A DNA stretch of 64,000 nt, taken from Dendrobates tinctorius (lineage: Eukaryota). The position numbers and the translations under genes are program-made. Shown here one piece after another: positions 11,169 through 24,680 of this stretch (its first letter is position 1; each line of letters opens with the position of its first letter). The notes under the pieces were generated by a model. That model saw only the letters and a program-made list of their open reading frames with translations. It had not been told where the DNA came from and ran no database searches. Where the stretch lies: the NCBI RefSeq assembly GCF_039654945.1, contig NW_027361830.1, positions 7,626,001 through 7,690,000 of the forward strand, given 5' to 3'.

Positions 11169-11355
11169 AGGGCCACATTCACACATCTGTGTGTCATTTA
11201 CATCTGTGATTTATGGACAGCCCGCAGGTCTCATGCCTTAATTTGACAGTCTCATTGGTATACTGTGTATGAAGCTTTCAGATATGGGTCAAGAGACTAG
11301 TGGCTGGTCCGAGAATCGTGTCTGCCCTTGACACACGGATGTCTGAATGCAGCCT
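11169..11355. mobile_element. Small Harbinger-like MITE
   Basis: Inverted termini GGCCACATTCACACATCTGTGTGTCA / TGACACACGGATGTCTGAATGCAGCC. Confidence 0.55.
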
Positions 11356-12912
11356 AGGTTTGTACTACAGTAAATAGTTTGTTGGAGGGCAGAAAATCGT
11401 AATGAGTTTAAATAAGAAAAACTATTTTAAAATAGAATAATAAAATGTCATTCGCATTTAAGACATTTACATTATATTCACATAATATACCCAAAATCTC
11501 TGATAGGTGTGGTTGCGAAGGAAGGACCAACATCTATCTCTAGAACTGTGATGTCTTACTCCCAATTCTAGTTTTTGGGAATGGATAGGTGTGCGTGCAT
11601 GCCAAGCCCTCCACTTACGTCTGTGAGGAGATTGGCCAACAAGAAGACAGGAGAGCACGGGGTGATACATCGGTCCCAGAGGGACCTGTATCCATCACTC
11701 ATTTTTGGCATACATGTCTGGGATGGTTACTCTCCTGGGTCTCACCATAGAACGTTTAGCTGTATCTGTGACTGCACCAAGGATAGTACAACTATTAATT
11801 TTGAAATCTATATATTGCAGTAAAGAGTAGACATTTGAGACTGTATTTTTGATGTTCTTCTGTTAAGGTACTGAGAATAGAAAAGGATTTAATAGGGTTT
11901 GTTGTAATAGAGAATAGTAATATTCTCCTTTAAAAGCCTTGCATCAGTTGTAAATCCTAACTTTTGACGCTGATCATCTTTCACAAAAAATCAGCCATGC
12001 TGTTCCACTGAATGCAATGACGGGCAAATAATTATGTGTGTTTTGCCAGCTGTATTCATATTACAGTATTCCCTCCAACCGCACACATTGGCGAGATATT
12101 CAGTGACTCAGCAGTGGGCTACTATGCACAGCGAAGACCAAAGCTGCCATTTCTACAACTTCACATATTCACTACTCCTTTGAACTATGGACAATTTCTG
12201 GCTGGGTTTTCACATAATGATGTGACCCGTAATCAGATGTTCGCACACGTCATTAAAATTATGATCACCGAAGCTTTGTATAGATCTATTCGGCAGCTAG
12301 ATAATGATTTACTGGCTATAGCTCTAGGAAAATGTGATCATTAGAAAAAGATTTTAAAAGCCATAATCATATTTTTTATGTATTGTTCTAGTTTTTGTAG
12401 TTTGGAATGATTGATTATTTTTTTTGTCTTCCTTCTGGTGGGATTCTGTGAAGACAAGGCAGTGAGTCTGTACAGGAAGAGCTACAGTGTAAAGTGCCGG
12501 GTTTGGGCAGAATAGTAAATTGCACCAGACTACGTTCATGATGGCCGATTCCTTATATCAGGTGTTCTGTTCCTCTGTTCTACACCCCAGATCTGCTTTT
12601 ATTACAGATTATATAAATGCAAGCTTGCCACAAACAAAACCGACACGCAAGATGACTTTTACATGCAAGCAACAATACTATAAGGTTGGATATCTATGTA
12701 TCTGTGCCATCCAGATGAGGTTTCAAATGGTCGCAACTCATGTCAGAATGGCGTCAGTTGTCATCAGGTCTATTCACTAGTTACTGCATAATCTTTTCAT
12801 ATATAATTATTTTGATGAGCATCATAGGTGGTAATAGAGTACAAAGAGTCTATAAAGTTAAATTAATTTGCCACCATGGTGTGGATATAATGTGGACAAC
12901 TGCAGACAAGAC

Positions 12913-13469
12913 TAATATATGTAAATGGAAACATACAGTCATATAATCCATAAAAATCATCTTTATTAAACATGTATATTAAAATTAATTACACAGGCAA
13001 AAGGACGTATAGGGCTAAAAGATGGTAACATGATGATACCAGCATCCAAAATGCCCAAGGTTAGGTATGTCACTGGTTATAAACCATATCACCTCATAAC
13101 AGAATGTGGCCCCTTGAGGAAGGTACTGCTGCCGAAACGTGCTTCGGGTTCGGTGGGTATTGTCCTGGAGAATTGTCCACCATATTCAAGGTACTGTGCA
13201 TACATAGATATATTTTTGCCATTGAGCTGATCTTTACTATATGGTAATTGGAATTTTTCTGTGTAGACGCTACATTCTGTTATGAGGTGATATGGTTTAT
13301 AACCAGTGACATACCTAACCTTGGGCATTTTGGATGCTGGTATCATCATGTTACCATCTTTTAGCCCTATATGTCCTTTTGTCTGCATAATTAATTTTAA
13401 TATATATGTTTAATAAAGATGATGATTTTTATGGATTATATGACTGTATGGTACCATTTACGTATATTA
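12913..13469 (+). mobile_element. Penelope-like pLTR remnant with an inverted 3'-end duplication
   Basis: ~195-bp inverted repeat (12913-13107 vs ~13272-13469) around a unique core that begins with a hammerhead-like motif; AATAAA at ~13412. Confidence 0.75.
13108..13150 (+). ncRNA. Degenerate PLE-type hammerhead
   Basis: GGCCCC UUGAGGA A GGUA CUGC UGCC GAAA CGUGCU UC GGGUU: C3 changed to U and stem III poor. Confidence 0.55.
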
Positions 13470-13585
13470 CCACAATCTTTTCAGGCTGATACCGCTCCGA
13501 AAACCACCTGAAAAAGCGAAATAAAAGCTATGTACCATTCCTCCTCTGAAAATTATCTAAGAGAGCTTCCCAAAGAGCACTATAA

Positions 13586-14450
13586 GGCTGAGTTCACACG
13601 TCGCGTTTTCGCGGCGGTTTTAAATGCGCGATTTTGCCACGAAAACGCGAAAAATAAGCATCCCATGCAATCCTATGGGATTCCGCAATGCTGTGCTAAT
13701 GCTGCGGTTTTTTCCGCGGCGGAATTGCTTCGCGGTAAAAAACGCAGCATGCTCATTAATTTAGCGGAATCGCGGCAATCCCGCACCCATAGGATTGCAT
13801 TGTTCCGCTTACTTCCTGCATGTAGCTGTGCCCACCATGCGAAAAGTAAGCAGGACATTTGCGGATGGTACCCACGGTCCGGAGGAGAGGAGACTGTCCT
13901 CCGGGCTATTGGTACCATATCTCTGTAAAATAAAAAATTAAAATAAAAAATATTGTTATTCTCACCTTCCGGCGTCCCGCGCAGCCTTCCCGCCTCTCCC
14001 AACGTTCCCAGTCCCAGTAATCCTTTGCGAGAATGACCGCGATGACGTCGAGATCTCGCCGGAGCGCGACATCTCGCAGTCATTCGCACAAAGGATTACT
14101 GGGACCGGGAGCGTGGAGAGAGGCGGGAAGGCTGCGCGGGACGCCGGAAGGTGAGAATAACAATATTTTTTTATTATTTTTTACATTTTATCTTTTAGTA
14201 CTGATGCTGCATAGGCAGCCTCAGTAGTAAAAAGTTGGTCACACTCGTCAAACACTATGTTTGACGAGTGTGACCAACCTGTCAATCAGTTCTCCAAGTG
14301 ATGCTACAGATCGCTTGGAAAACGCTAGCATTCTACAAGCTAATTACGCTTGCAAATCGCTAGTTTTTCCACGGGAATTTAAAATGCGATTTTCCGCGGA
14401 ATGGAATTCCAGAATTCTCGCGGTAACTTCTGCTACGTGTGCACATAGCC
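13586..14450. mobile_element. PIF/Harbinger-type MITE with a large internal hairpin
   Basis: TAA|GGCTGAGTTCACACGT ... ACGTGTGCACATAGCC|TAA; internal palindrome at ~13925-14190. Confidence 0.85.
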
Positions 14451-15352
14451 TAACTTTTAGCTGAAGTTGTTATTAAATAACCAATTGCTCTTATTGATCA
14501 CCAGTATTATGGGAGAATTTTGACCACCACATTATATGTAATTTTATTAGTGCATCTTGAACCTTGTATATATTAAAATAATTAATGAATTAAATTATTA
14601 TTTGTGTCATTTTTGTGATATTTAGCCTGTAATATACAGATGTTACAATATTCCTGCCTTTAAATTTAATCAAATGACTTTTCAAATTGGTTAATGTAAT
14701 TATTTTGCATGCAATGGAACATTTATGATGTCAAAGAAAGACGACCCCCTGTCCCATTGTTACTCCTAATGGCAGTGACACTAGTTTCTGCATATTCGTA
14801 TAAAATACCCTAGTGCACTGTATGCTATTGTTTTGAAATCCAATGCATATGGTTTTGTATGCGGATAAGTTAATTTGAAGAAAATGAGATTTTTGCTTCA
14901 ACCCTCATCAATCTTCTGACATTTGATCTATCAACAATTAGATTACTGTAGACTTAGCTTTGCTATTGCAGCCTGGCCATTTAAGGACAGAAGGTAAACC
15001 AGCAAAGGCCACCCATTCAGATGTCTGCTTTGTTTAGGAGACTCGGAAGTATAGAAATACTTTTTACTGCATGAAATCAGAAAGCTAGTGTATCTCAGGC
15101 TTGCAGTGCTTACAAAATGACACTAATAGACAATGTGGATCACTATTTTATTATGACGTATGAGCATGAGAAGTCATCCTTGGGGATGTTTAAATGAGAT
15201 CTCAAGAAGGACAATGTATAGTTGAAAAAAACTAAGTATCAAATGGGTTTTACATTTCCACCATTGTCTCTTTTAAAATTCTGCCCTAGGTGCTGTTTTT
15301 GGTGACCATCATTGCAATATTTTTCAGTTTGCATTGTTCCATGGTACCCTAA

Positions 15353-16061
15353 GGGGATACTCCAGAGAAATGAAAATGTATTACAATCTACATTCTGTTT
15401 AAAACTATAAGATCCTTTGGCCTGTTATGCATACTTTCATATGATTTTACTTCTTCTCACTGTGACCTCACGTCACAGCAATGCTGCTGCTCCTCAGATC
15501 TCCACCTGTTTTCTGGGACGCTATGGCAGAGATCAAAGGGCATGGCTTGCGTCTTTCTACTTATGTAACCCAGACCTCTGGCCAATGGATATCATAGACT
15601 GTGTATGGGGTATGATGTCACCTCCCCCTATAACTCTTATCCTGCGCTGTCTGCCTGCACCCTCACAGCTTGTACATGACTGTCAAGGAACATGGTGTGA
15701 AAACTAGAGAAGCAGAGAGGGGGAATAGACCGGTCATATACAAACTGTGAAGGTGCACTCAGTGTGGAACAAGAGAGAAGGACGAGGGGCATCAAACTCT
15801 TGCACAGACTGTGATAAGCCTTGTCCAGGGGGTCTGGCTTACATAAGCAGCAAGAAGCAAGCTATGCCCCTTGATCTCTGAGGCAGCTTCCCAGAAAGGA
15901 GGCGGAGCACTCAGGAGCAGCAGCAGTGCTGTGATGTGAGTTTACAATGAGTAGTATTAAAATCACAAAGTTCCATATAATAACAGGCATTAATATAATA
16001 CGCCTTTATAGTTTTAAGCAGAATGTGGATTGAAGAACATTTTATCTCCTGGAGTATCCCT
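15353..16061. mobile_element. Kolobok/T2-type palindromic MITE
   Basis: GGGGATACTCCAG ... CTGGAGTATCCCT|TTAA; degenerate arms. Confidence 0.7.
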
Positions 16062-16254
16062 TTAAATATAAGTATAAGTAGTTTGTTCTTGCTACTGAAA
16101 GCCTCTTTTCAATTCTTGGAACCAATAGTTTTCTTTCAATATAAAATGTAGGTGTTGTGGATCTGTTGGGATAGAAGAAGCCTTAAAGACCTAAGAAATA
16201 TAACTATGTCCCTAAGGAATGGTCCTAATCAACAAAATGTACTAGTGTACTATA

Positions 16255-17192
16255 CAGCTGTGGCAAAAATAAGAGACCACCACATCAAAACCCTGTCATG
16301 GGCAGCCCATTCTCCAGACTTGAACCCCATTGAAAACCTCTGGAATGTAATAAAGAGGATGATGGATAGTCACAAGCCATCAAACAAAGAAGAACTTCTT
16401 AAATTTTTGAGCCAGAAGCAGTGTGAAAGACTGGTGGAAAGCATGCCAAGACGCATGAAAGTTGTTTTTAAAAATCGCTGTTCTGCAAAATATTGATTTC
16501 TGAACTCTTCCTGAGTTAAAACATCAGTATTGTTGTTTCTAAATTATTATGAACTTGTTTTCTTTGCATTATTTGAGGTCTGAAAGCAGTTTTTTTTGTT
16601 TTTTAATTTTGACCATTTCTCTTTTTCAAAAAAAACAAAAAACAAAACTTATTGCTTGGAAATTCAGATACATGTTGTCAGAAGTTTATAGACTAAAAGA
16701 ACAATTTACATTTTACTTAAAAATATACTTATAAGGCTAGTTTCACACTTGCGTTTGGAGGCTCAGCGGACACACACCGTGAAGCTCCGCCCCCTGCCAC
16801 GACTCCTCCAGTCAGCTCTGCCTATGGGCATATGCCGCTGCCTGCGGCCCCTAATCTTTAGCATTGGGTACGCAGGCCGTGCGCAAGTATGCTTTTGCCG
16901 CCGCATACGTCCTTTTAACGGTGCGGCGACCGCACCAAAATGCAACACGTCAATAGGACGCATGCGGCGACAAAAGCATACCTGCGCACGGCCTGCATAC
17001 CCAATGCTAAAGATAGGGTACGCAGGCAGCAGCATGCGCCCATAGGCGGCGCTGACCAGCGGAGGTGCGGCAGGGGGTGGAGCTTCATGGTTAGCGTCCG
17101 CTGCGCCTCCAAACGCAAATTTGAAACTAGCCTAAAGAGAAAATCAGACAAACTGAACATTTGTAAGTGGTCTCTTAATTTTGCCAGAGCTG
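16255..17192 (+). mobile_element. Internally deleted Tc1 element interrupted by a MITE
   Basis: TIR CAGCT(G/C)TGGCAAAA.TAAGAGACCAC at both ends; only the C-terminal transposase remnant [11 protein letters not shown]...SMPRRM remains (~16285-16496). Confidence 0.85.
16735..17132. mobile_element. Palindromic Harbinger-type MITE nested in the Tc1 remnant
   Basis: TAA|GGCTAGTTTCA ... TGAAACTAGCC|TAA; near-complete fold-back. Confidence 0.88.
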
Positions 17193-17322
17193 TTTATAGA
17201 ATTGATGTTATGCTATGTGAAAAACCCTGCACAGATTAAACAAATAGAGAACTGTCTCTCCTATTATGACAAACCACACTTTGACACATACCAACAGGAG
17301 CAGAGTGTCACGGTTCGGTAAA

Positions 17323-17694
17323 GGTGCTTTCACATTGCATTTAGGTTCCCGTTCAGTGGCTCCCATCGGGGTTTACGCCCAAACCCCTCATAAAACAAGA
17401 TTTAGACGTATGTGCCTACTTTGCCGTAGACTATAATGGTGCCAGCATAGATTTTCAGGCTTATACAACTAACAGTGGCGGACACTCTGAAGCAGTCTAC
17501 TAAGTCTGAGATTCCGCCTCCAGTAGACATACACATTCAAAAATGATAAACTGGCAGAGCGCATGTTCGCTCTGCCAGCACCATTATAGACTATGGCCCC
17601 TTGGTACATGCGTCTGAATCTCGTTTTGCGGGGAGGTTGGACATAAGCCCCGTCAGGCCAACGAACTGGTGCCTGAACGCAATGTGAAAGCACC
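17323..17694. mobile_element. Harbinger-type MITE, family B
   Basis: TIR GGTGCTTTCACATTGC / GCAATGTGAAAGCACC; related to 44709-45043. Confidence 0.75.
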
Positions 17695-19413
17695 ATACTA
17701 GGGTTTGATGACTAACTGTGGACCGCGGCAGGGATTTCACCACATACAAATGAACAATGTATGACTCAAAATATCCTCTGTACTTTCAACGTGTTGATGA
17801 TGGGAGGGAGAGAGGAGATTGTTTCTTGTTGACCTCTTCCTCACCCTATTAAAGAGGACCTTTGTTTTGGTTATCGTCCATTGAAGGTTAAATATAGAAT
17901 ATCTTTACTTAACTGTTGCTAAATTTAATGCCAATTGTAGTAACCTTTGTCTCAACTTCCCTTGATGTAACATTGTGATTGAAACATGGGGACCATTGTT
18001 TCATGTCTTTAAAAAGCTACCTTTTACTGCTTTTTCAGTAGGACTTGTTAACATCACATTTTTGGGAGTGTTTTACTCCAAGAAAGCTCCCATTGTACAA
18101 AACTCCAAATGTGTCTGTAGGGCAGCATCATCAGGCAAAGGCAAAAAGTGTCCTTTTGACATCTCTTTGGCCACAACGAGAGATAGCAGATTTGAATTTG
18201 CATGTTTGTTAAATTTTCCTAGGAAATTAGATCAATGACCTTTATTATAGTCTGGGTGTTTCTTCAGACCCCAAATCATAATAAACTTAAGATATAAAAA
18301 AATAAGGAGAATATTCATACTCACCTCTGTGGCCCCTCTGCTCCTCACAATCCTCGTGTGGTCTTCAACACATCTTCAGATCTCCACAGCTTGCACTGAA
18401 ATTCCCGTGACTTATGGCTCTAATGAGGCCCAAGTTCTGCACATGATTGTGCAAGGTCATGACGCACGCAGTGAAGTCATGACTCCGTGACCTTTTGTGT
18501 GCTTGCACAGGATCCTCCACGGCATTTCAGCCCCAGTCATGGCAATGTGAAGATGGTACGAAGAGCAGACAAGTAACGCAGGGGGGCTGGAGAGTTGAAT
18601 GGTTAGGCAAGTATTTTTGTTTTTATTAATTTTTAACATTTTGATGGCCGTTTACGGTTCAAAAAAATGACGCTAGCGATCACCATTTTGCTGAATTCAT
18701 GCTTAAGAAAATTGCAAATAAATCTGCATTTTGACAGATGCTGATCTTTGTAACAATCGAGTAGAATTCAATTCAACTCGAATTTATTTGCTCATATTCA
18801 GCCAGTACACATCAGTATATAGTGAAAAAAAAATGAAGTAGTGTAGCAGACTGTGCTCTTGCCCCAACTCCAGCCCAAATAGATGAAGATGTAGACCATT
18901 TTGTGTGCTGTTTTAGACATTCTATGCACACTGCATTAGTCCTTAAAATTTTGTCACAAAAACAGACTTATGAAAATAAGACTTCTAGCTAAAAATTAAT
19001 ATCTATGCAGGTTGTTTTCATTAACTTCTAGACTGAAATGGTCTTGACAAGGCCTATTTATCAACTGCAGTTACAGATTTGTACTGTCTAAGATTCAAAG
19101 CGTTTTTATTGGGCGCCAATAATAATATTACTGTTATTATGATCTTTATTATTACATTACATTCCAGAGCAAGGTTGGGAGCTCCAGCTTCACTGCATGA
19201 ATTTTGTGAACGAGCTTCCTCATATGAAAACCACACAGCAAGGGTCTAAAGAATGGTGATGACACCAGTAAAGTGCATTCTGAACAGTTAGGTTATTCTT
19301 TGGAGAGTGGTGCCATAAATTCATCAATAATGGTTGTACTTTTACCCCTTCCCTTATCTTTTCAGAGCCCTCTATTGAACATGTGTCTTTTTTAATCCAT
19401 AATACTAGAGTAA

Positions 19414-19837
19414 AATCGGCCATACACATTAGATGGCTGTCGGAGGAACAATTCTTTTGGCGATGGTCATCTTGGTCAAGGTCACTTTTTCCACAAACGG
19501 GAGTGCTCACTGACATTCACGCAACCAAGTTCATATGTCCTCTATGTGAAACCCATCAACAGACATGTCTGAAGGCAGCTGATCACCGGGAGGACAAAGC
19601 AATCTTCAATCCTAAATTAGATATGCCCGAACAACATCTCCCCTGACGATTAGTTGGCCAGGATTTCCTTAGTATTGGATAGTAGATTGAATTATTGACT
19701 TGGCAATACCAAGGAAATCCTGAAACCATGACCTGTTGGTGGCTCCTGAGCACTGGAGTTGGGGAACACTGCATTAGTGTCAGTTGAACCATCGATACTG
19801 GTGGGTTAGGCCGACATTAGTCTGTGTAATGGGGGCC
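19414..19837. mobile_element. Degenerate Harbinger-like MITE containing half of an hAT MITE
   Basis: GGCCATACACATTAGATGGCTGTCGG ... CCGACATTAGTCTGTGTAATGGGGGCC|TAA; 19659-19770 resembles 4915-5095. Confidence 0.5.
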
Positions 19838-21196
19838 TAAAGAGATTTCAACTAATCACTTGTCTAAACATGAGACACAAATTAATTACAGTAGACTACT
19901 CTTGTCAGTGGCCACTAATTCATATATTTACTGTAATATCAATTTAATATTTAGCACCACTCCATTCATTAACCGCACAGAAAGGCTGACAATAGTACCC
20001 TCTATGTCATATTGAGCAATCTCGACAACAAAGCTAATTGGTTTCCTTTCCAGTGACCTTTTTTTCTGTCAATTAAATTACTTCTGGCTAAGTAGTGCAG
20101 GGAATTGATAAAATCGCTTTATATTCAATATGGTCATGGCAGTGGTTGCTAATGCTGCCTGTTTTCCATATATATATTATAAACATTTGTATCAGTTTGT
20201 GGCTGGAATTCCCCTATCTTAGTTATTCATTTTGTTCATTTGTTTTGTATTTTTTTTTCTGATAAATCAGCTTTTTTCATTTGTGTAATCTTGAAACTAG
20301 AAAGAGAGTAATAAAATTAGCGGTTGGGTTCGGCTGGAAAGTCCCTCATCTTTCTGAATTTCTTTACTACTTACTGGATATTCTTTGTGTGTACATTTAT
20401 GGCACTTAAAAGGTAAATGGCAGTATAAAACAGTAAAAAAAAAAAAACATTTATTTTTAAAATTTCCTAATAATGGATATCAAAATAAAACTATATATAC
20501 CCATAAAGAAGTGGATGCATAAATAGTCACTGGCCCCTTGCCTATTCTTCTCTCTGCACTTGAACTAATGCACCTGAAAATGTACAAATATTTCATTACC
20601 TGAAAAAGGTCATATCGGTTTTATTGGGCTACATCCATATTTGTTCTTTCATGTACCACTATTTCATAAAGCACGTGAAGTGGAAAAAAGTTGACAAAAA
20701 TTATACCAGAGAAACGGTCTTTTTAGCTCCTAATTTTTATATATGAATTGCCAGTGTAATTGTGTCTCCAGATTGTGATGATTATGTCCATTGTTATTGA
20801 TCAATGTGATATTCCTCACTGGCTGTGGCTATTTTTAAAAAGAAAAAAAAAATTTCTACAGATCTCAGTAAAAAAATATTCACGCTTATTTATACATGCA
20901 AGTGTGCAATTGTGGATAAAGTAATGACATTCATGCCATAATCATTCGCTATATTTACCAAGCCTGGCTCCATTTTTTTAATTTTTAATTTCCGCATGTA
21001 TAAGTGACGGTGAGCTATGACAAATTAGCCCTGTCTTGGCTTCTGTTGCTTTTTTTCTGCACTGGGAGTGGGAGTTTTCGTTCATCTGATGGCAATTTCT
21101 TTATGGTCTAGATGTAGAACTAGGAACAAGAATAGAGTTTTATGGTTTTACAAGAGTTGTTGCGAATTGATAACCAGAACCTGGCCCATCGGCTAA

Positions 21197-21558
21197 AGGC
21201 CCCTTTACATTTAGCGATGCACCAGCGATCCGACCCGGTCAGGATCGCTGGTGCATCGCTAAATGATCGCTAGTGAGCTGTCACACAAGCAGACCTAACA
21301 GCGATGCAGCAGCGACGCAGCGCATGATACTCACCTTTCACACACAGCGATCCTGATGTCCTCCCGCCTGCCTCCACACGTCGCTCGTCGTCACAGCAGG
21401 AAGCTGACGACGAGAAATGGAGCCGGACATTCTCGCACGATCAGCAATGGACAGCCGGTCGGAGGGAAGTATCACACATAGCGATATCGCTATAATGTCA
21501 CAAAATCGGTGACGATATAGCGATATCGCTAGCGATATCGCTATGTGTAAAACCCCCT
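21197..21558 (-). mobile_element. PIF/Harbinger-type MITE, family A copy 4
   Basis: TAA|AGGCCCCTTTACAT ... TGTGTAAAACCCCCT|TAA. Confidence 0.85.
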
Positions 21559-22802
21559 TAAGTCCTTAAACTGCGTCTGCTGGATGGGAGCCCTAAGAGC
21601 TGCCTCTTCTTTTGAATAGCTGGTCTGGTGCGCCATCACATGTACATCACATCGTAATGCTTGTGTTGAGCCAGGCTGGGTAATCAGAAGACGATATGGT
21701 GGATGCTGTCAGGTAAGAGACGGTCCTTTTGGCTCCCATCAGAGGCCAGAGATTAATGAACTGGCCAATGGACCCGCCACTGAGAACTGATTCACATCAA
21801 CTCTAGTTATTACCATGTATGCACTCAGGAGCTAACTGCTCCCCAGCCAGCCAACTTCATGATTGCTGGGGGATAGGCACTCAAGATTGATGGTTCAGAC
21901 CAGTAACATTGTTACCCCATTGACCTGAACAGTGTGTTCCTGATGATACTAGAAGATGCTGCATTGGAAGTTACTAAAGCTGGCCAGAGTCAGGAGCCAA
22001 CGGTACTCTCTAACGATTCCACCCAGCTTCATTGTGTAAGCAGTGCACATGCTTGGTCACTGCTGTATACTGGCAGCGGATGATGGTAATCTAGGCAAAA
22101 AAGAATGCTGTTAACAATGACAAAAAATCAACAATCACAGGAATAGAGCAGAATTTTAATAAATAGTAAAAAGTAAAAATTAAAAGTTCTATTTTCAAGC
22201 ACTATTCAACGATACACATCAATGCAAAGTGAAATAATACTTTCGTAATAGTGGTTATGATTGCATTAAAAAATAAATTGAAATATGCATGGAAATGGGG
22301 TAAACTATATATTGTGAAAATGAAATTTATTCAATGTAGCTTAAGTCATATCCTTGATTGAAGATGCCTGAAGATTTCCTCTTATAAATTATTCTCTGTT
22401 TTCAAGGATGTATATGTCTAAACATTTCCGCTCACAAAATATATTGATGATCCCAAAGTGGTTGAAAACATAGGCCATTAAAAGCATTAAAGACTACTGT
22501 GGTCTATAAGTGCTCTGGCAGGAGGATAATCTCTCCGCCGAGCAATTTGTTGAAAGCATATTTGCTTGATTTTAGACATCCGTAATTTTAGATTGAATGT
22601 GTGTGCAATTTGGGTGTAACACCAACCAGAATAATCTGCTCCGACAAACTAGACTAGAAGGCATGTATCCTAACAGCTTAGTTCTGCATTAGTAAGAACG
22701 CCAAAATACAGAGATGAAAGGACTAAAAAAGGTAAGCCGACGGTTTAAAATTGACATGCAAACGCTTAAGATGGGTTTACCCTGGTCGACTTGTGGCTTT
22801 AA

Positions 22803-23315
22803 AGAGTATTCATCGTTTTAATTTTTATTTCAGAAATCAATTGTACACATGAGAATAAACAACTTTGTAATATATCTTATCAGAGAAATCTTTCTCTGCC
22901 AGAATTGATCTTTCATTATCAACATTCTCACTTCTAAGGTAAAATCTGTATTCAATGAAGGCTGACTTTCTCATTACTGAGATTGGAGATGGCGTTTAAT
23001 ACTGATGAATTTTATGGAGGAGGAAGGAGCCAGGTACAGAGCTCCTCCCCCTGCCCCGCCCCCTGATCCTCCTTCCTGATCCTCCTCCTACCTACATAGA
23101 ATATCATCAGTAGCAGCTCTCGTCTCCTATCTCAGTAATGGGAAACCTGTCTTCACTGAATACAAATATTACATTGGAATTGAGAATTTTGATAATAACT
23201 GATCCTTTTTGGCAGAGAAGGAAGACTTTTTTCTATCAGATGTATTACAAACTTGATTTTTTTTTCATGTGTACTATTGTTTTATGAAATAAAAATTATA
23301 ATGATTGTTGTGCTT
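22803..23315. mobile_element. Kolobok/T2-type palindromic MITE
   Basis: TTAA flanks; inverted arms such as TCTCATTACTGAGAT / ATCTCAGTAATGGGA. Confidence 0.7.
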
Positions 23316-23849
23316 TTAAACGACCGCTGATCGGCTATATATTTGCTTATCGGCGGTTGTTTTTAAGGCCTGTTTACACAGGCAGATCACATCTCACATG
23401 CACTCAGAATGATCAGTAATAAACTGTTATTGTTTTTGGCAGCACATTGTCCTGTTGAAACAGGAGAATGAGCTGTCGAGAACATTGATTTTATGAAACC
23501 AGGCAAAAGATAATTTTGCCCAAAGAATAAGTACTTTGCTTCTACTTTGGGTTATCAAGAGCCTTTTTCCACTGCACAATTACAGTGAAAGAGCATTCTG
23601 AGCCTGATTATCATGCAGTGTATCTGCACCATAAGGGTATTTCACTACAGCTTTGAGTTTGAACCCATATTATATTGTGTGATATTATAGATATATAATT
23701 GATTCTCAAGTTTCGTATGTGTCAGTTTTAATCCATTTACATATAATGATATGATGTTTAAGCAATTGGATGATGATTGTGTATGGATAGTGCTCAGGAT
23801 CTGAGCTCTTTCCACACGCGTATGACACTGACTTTCTCTCACTGGTTCC

Positions 23850-24680
23850 TTTCCGCCAACACCGCCTCCCCCTCCCGCTCAGCCAAAGTGATCGCGGGGC
23901 ACCAATGGGCCATCATGGCAGTTAGGGCCGGGTAACACTCCTGTCACTACATTCTTGATACTCCTGTGAAGCTCAGCCACATGCTGCGCTTCCTAGGAGA
24001 TGGAGCTTTGTACTACATATTGCAGTATATAGTATAATTGATCTGATGATCACTGATTCAAGTCCCCAAGGAGACTAAAAAATTATGCAAATAAAAAAAG
24101 TAAATAAAATTTAAAAATGTGATTCATCCTACATATTTCTCCAGTAAAATTAAAGAAGTAAAGAAAAAGTAAACACATTTGGTATCCATTCGTTTATTAA
24201 AGTCAAGGCTATCAAAATGTTGAACTAATTAAGCCATATGGTAAAAGCCGTAATAAGAAAAGAAGTTAAAACCTCAGAATTGCATTTTTTTTCTTTTTTT
24301 TTTGTCATCACTCCGCCCTAAAGAAAATCAAAATGGGATATCTGCCCCAAAATGGTATAACTGAAACTGTCAGCTTGCGAGACAACAAACCAAGCTCTCA
24401 CATGGTTCAATTGATGTAAAAATTAAAATGTTACAGCTCTCGAAATATGGCGACAAAGCAAAGATTTCTTTCTTTTACAAGCGTTTGAATATTTTTTACA
24501 ACTTTTCAAACTTGCTGATTTTATTTTTATCTTCACAATAATACTGACCTGAAGAATTGCACTTATAATGTCATTTTTGGCACAAAATTAACGCCGTTAT
24601 AACAAATCCCCCCAAAAAATGTCAGAATTGCATTTTTTTTCACAATTTCATCATGCTTGGAATTGTTTTCCTGATTGCAG
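23850..24680. mobile_element. Fragment of the large piggyBac-like non-autonomous family
   Basis: Shares CCCCAAAATGG, AAGTCCC..GG.GACTAA and A-rich blocks with 29810-31800. Confidence 0.45.

Noticed and set aside
13030-13388. The same peptide encoded on both strands (also at 13530-14227, 16749-17239 and 43010-43729)
   Set aside because: A consequence of inverted repeats, not genes.
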